Below are positions 62,247-64,000 of a stretch of DNA of 64,000 nucleotides, piece after piece (position 1 is the first letter of the stretch; each line of letters opens with the position of its first letter). This DNA comes from the human T2T-CHM13v2.0 reference genome, Homo sapiens. Under the pieces are notes generated by a model. The model searched no databases, was not told where the DNA came from, and saw only the letters and a list, made by a program, of their open reading frames with translations. The DNA lies in assembly GCF_009914755.1 (NCBI RefSeq), contig NC_060929.1; one strand, given 5' to 3'. The position numbers were made by a program, and so were the translations under genes.

Positions 62247-63369
62247 GGCTAGATAGCTTCCGACCAGTTGAAATAAAGGCTTGGTTTCATGTTTTCGAGA
62301 TTGAAAATAACAAGGACAAATACAGGATGGAAATTTTCTTTTATATCAAAGTCAGTGATGATAAGGCAGCTCTTCTCTATCAAGTTATTAAGGACCCAGA
62401 CCTCTTTTATCTTGTTGTTTTACCATCCACAGGGTTTTCTCTAGGCTGGTCCAAGTTGGTCTGCCACTGCATCCAATCAACAGGAAGGAAGAAAGGGGAG
62501 AGGGATGAGTAGGTTCATGTAATCACTCTCATCTCATTGGCCAGAATTTAGTCACATGACCATAGCTAGCTACAAAGAAGACTGGGAAAGATAGTCTTTC
62601 TAATGGGCTGCATGATCCCAGCTTAATTCATTTAAAATCACAACTTGGACTGTTCTTTACCTACTTTTTTTTTTTTTTTTTTTGGTTGGTTGGTAGGGGA
62701 AAATGTTTGGGAAATGGGTCCTCAGCGAACTTCGGGAGGTGGGAATTCAGTTCTCTCCATTCTCTTTATTTCCTTCCCTTCCTCTAACCATCAGAGCCTC
62801 CGAGGCCCGGCTGTCTGTGTCATAGATAGAATTCCAGCCGCCTGACAGATCTGTCCAAAAAGCTCAGAGCTGGTTGACTTCATACTGAGGAAAAATTCTG
62901 AAAGTCAGCTCTCAGTTTTTTAGTAGTTATAGAAAGAACTGCATTCTGCTGAGGGCTCTGGGAGTCAGCCTGAAGCCATGTTTAAAGAGGCTTGTGTGAA
63001 AAGACAGATGGAAGAGATTTGAAGATCAAAGTGAGCCCTGAAGAGTCAGATTCTGCCCAGAATTGGATGACTTCTGATAGCAATGGTGGGAGCATCCAGA
63101 GGCAAGGGGAGAATTGAAACTTTTTGCATCTCTTAGTGTGGCATCATTAGCTTTGCCTCTAAAATTGATCATTTATTAATGTACTTAATACAGAATTTAT
63201 TACATGTATTACATTAATACATAATTAGTTTATTAATAAACTAATGAATTCAATTGTTTTCTCTTCTAGATTGGAGTGTTATATATGTTAGACTGTTTCT
63301 CCTCTGCTAGCTGATAACAGCAGGGCAGAGATAAGGTTTAAAATCTCCAGTACTCTGTATTTAATAGTA

Positions 63370-63684
63370 GAATTTCCTCAGTATCCCCAGGAAATTGGTT
63401 CCAGGACTTTCTGTGGATACCCATATCCAAGGATGCTCAAGTCTCTGATATAAAATGGCATAGTATTTGCATACAACCTACACACATTCTCTTGTACAGT
63501 TTAAATCATCTCTAGATTACTTATAATACCTAATACAATGTAAATACTATGTAAATACTTGTTATGCTGTATTGTTTAGAAAATAATGACAAGGAAAAAG
63601 TCTGTCGTGTTCAGGACAGATGCAATTTTTTCAAATATTTTTGATTCACGCTTGGGTGAATCCGCAGATGTGGAAGGCCACCTG
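63370..63684. mobile_element. MER2 (Tigger-derived MITE)
   Basis: ctcagtatcc...ttggttccaggac...aaatcatctctagattacttataatacctaatacaatgtaaat...ctgta. Confidence 0.85.
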
Positions 63685-64000
63685 TACTTATTACATGTGT
63701 AGTTCATTATATAGTATATATAATTACCTAATTATACAACATATAATTATCCACTGCAATATATAGTTACCTATTATATAATTACATAACTAATGTGTTT
63801 TTCCTGCAGATAAGCTGTAGAAGAAAAAAAAACATAAACTGTAAGAAACCAAGAACACTCAATATAGAAAAAAGAGTGCTAAATTGAACTACGCTTGATT
63901 CCTAGCTCAAGAAAGCCAGGATGGGTGAGATTGTGTTTTTCTCTGTTACACAACAAAATCGGCATCTAAGTTAGAGTTTGTTAATTCTCAAGCATTTAAT

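Noticed and set aside
63788-63930. Possible plus-strand exon (ctaat...tttttcctgcag to ATGG|GTGAGA)
   Set aside because: Splice motifs only; no ORF or partner exons support it.

Overview
Human genomic DNA: the window carries Alu copies with the diagnostics of the human-specific AluYd8 and AluYg6 subfamilies. It is intergenic or intronic in character, with no CpG island and no convincing cellular coding exon. Nearly all ORFs in the track are Alu/L1/LTR read-throughs or chance. Bases 1-1450 are the 5' end of a minus-strand HERV-W (HERV17) copy that looks like an L1-made processed pseudogene of a spliced RNA: no U3, leader intron apparently removed, Arg-type PBS, disrupted gag. The rest is nested transposon fossils, including about 17 Alus, L1s (one twin-primed), THE1/MLT1/MLT2/MER39-like/LTR33 LTRs, a two-LTR MLT1 provirus, Tigger3b, MER2/3/5/20/53, L2 and MIR. 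Two structures are not explained by repeat annotation. One is a perfect 25-bp hairpin at 3847-3905. The other is a set of local 105-285 bp templated duplications, three of which trace to one ~1.2-kb segment (42614-43793). Subfamily names come from recalled consensus sequences and need RepeatMasker/Dfam confirmation. I found no clear novel gene system.
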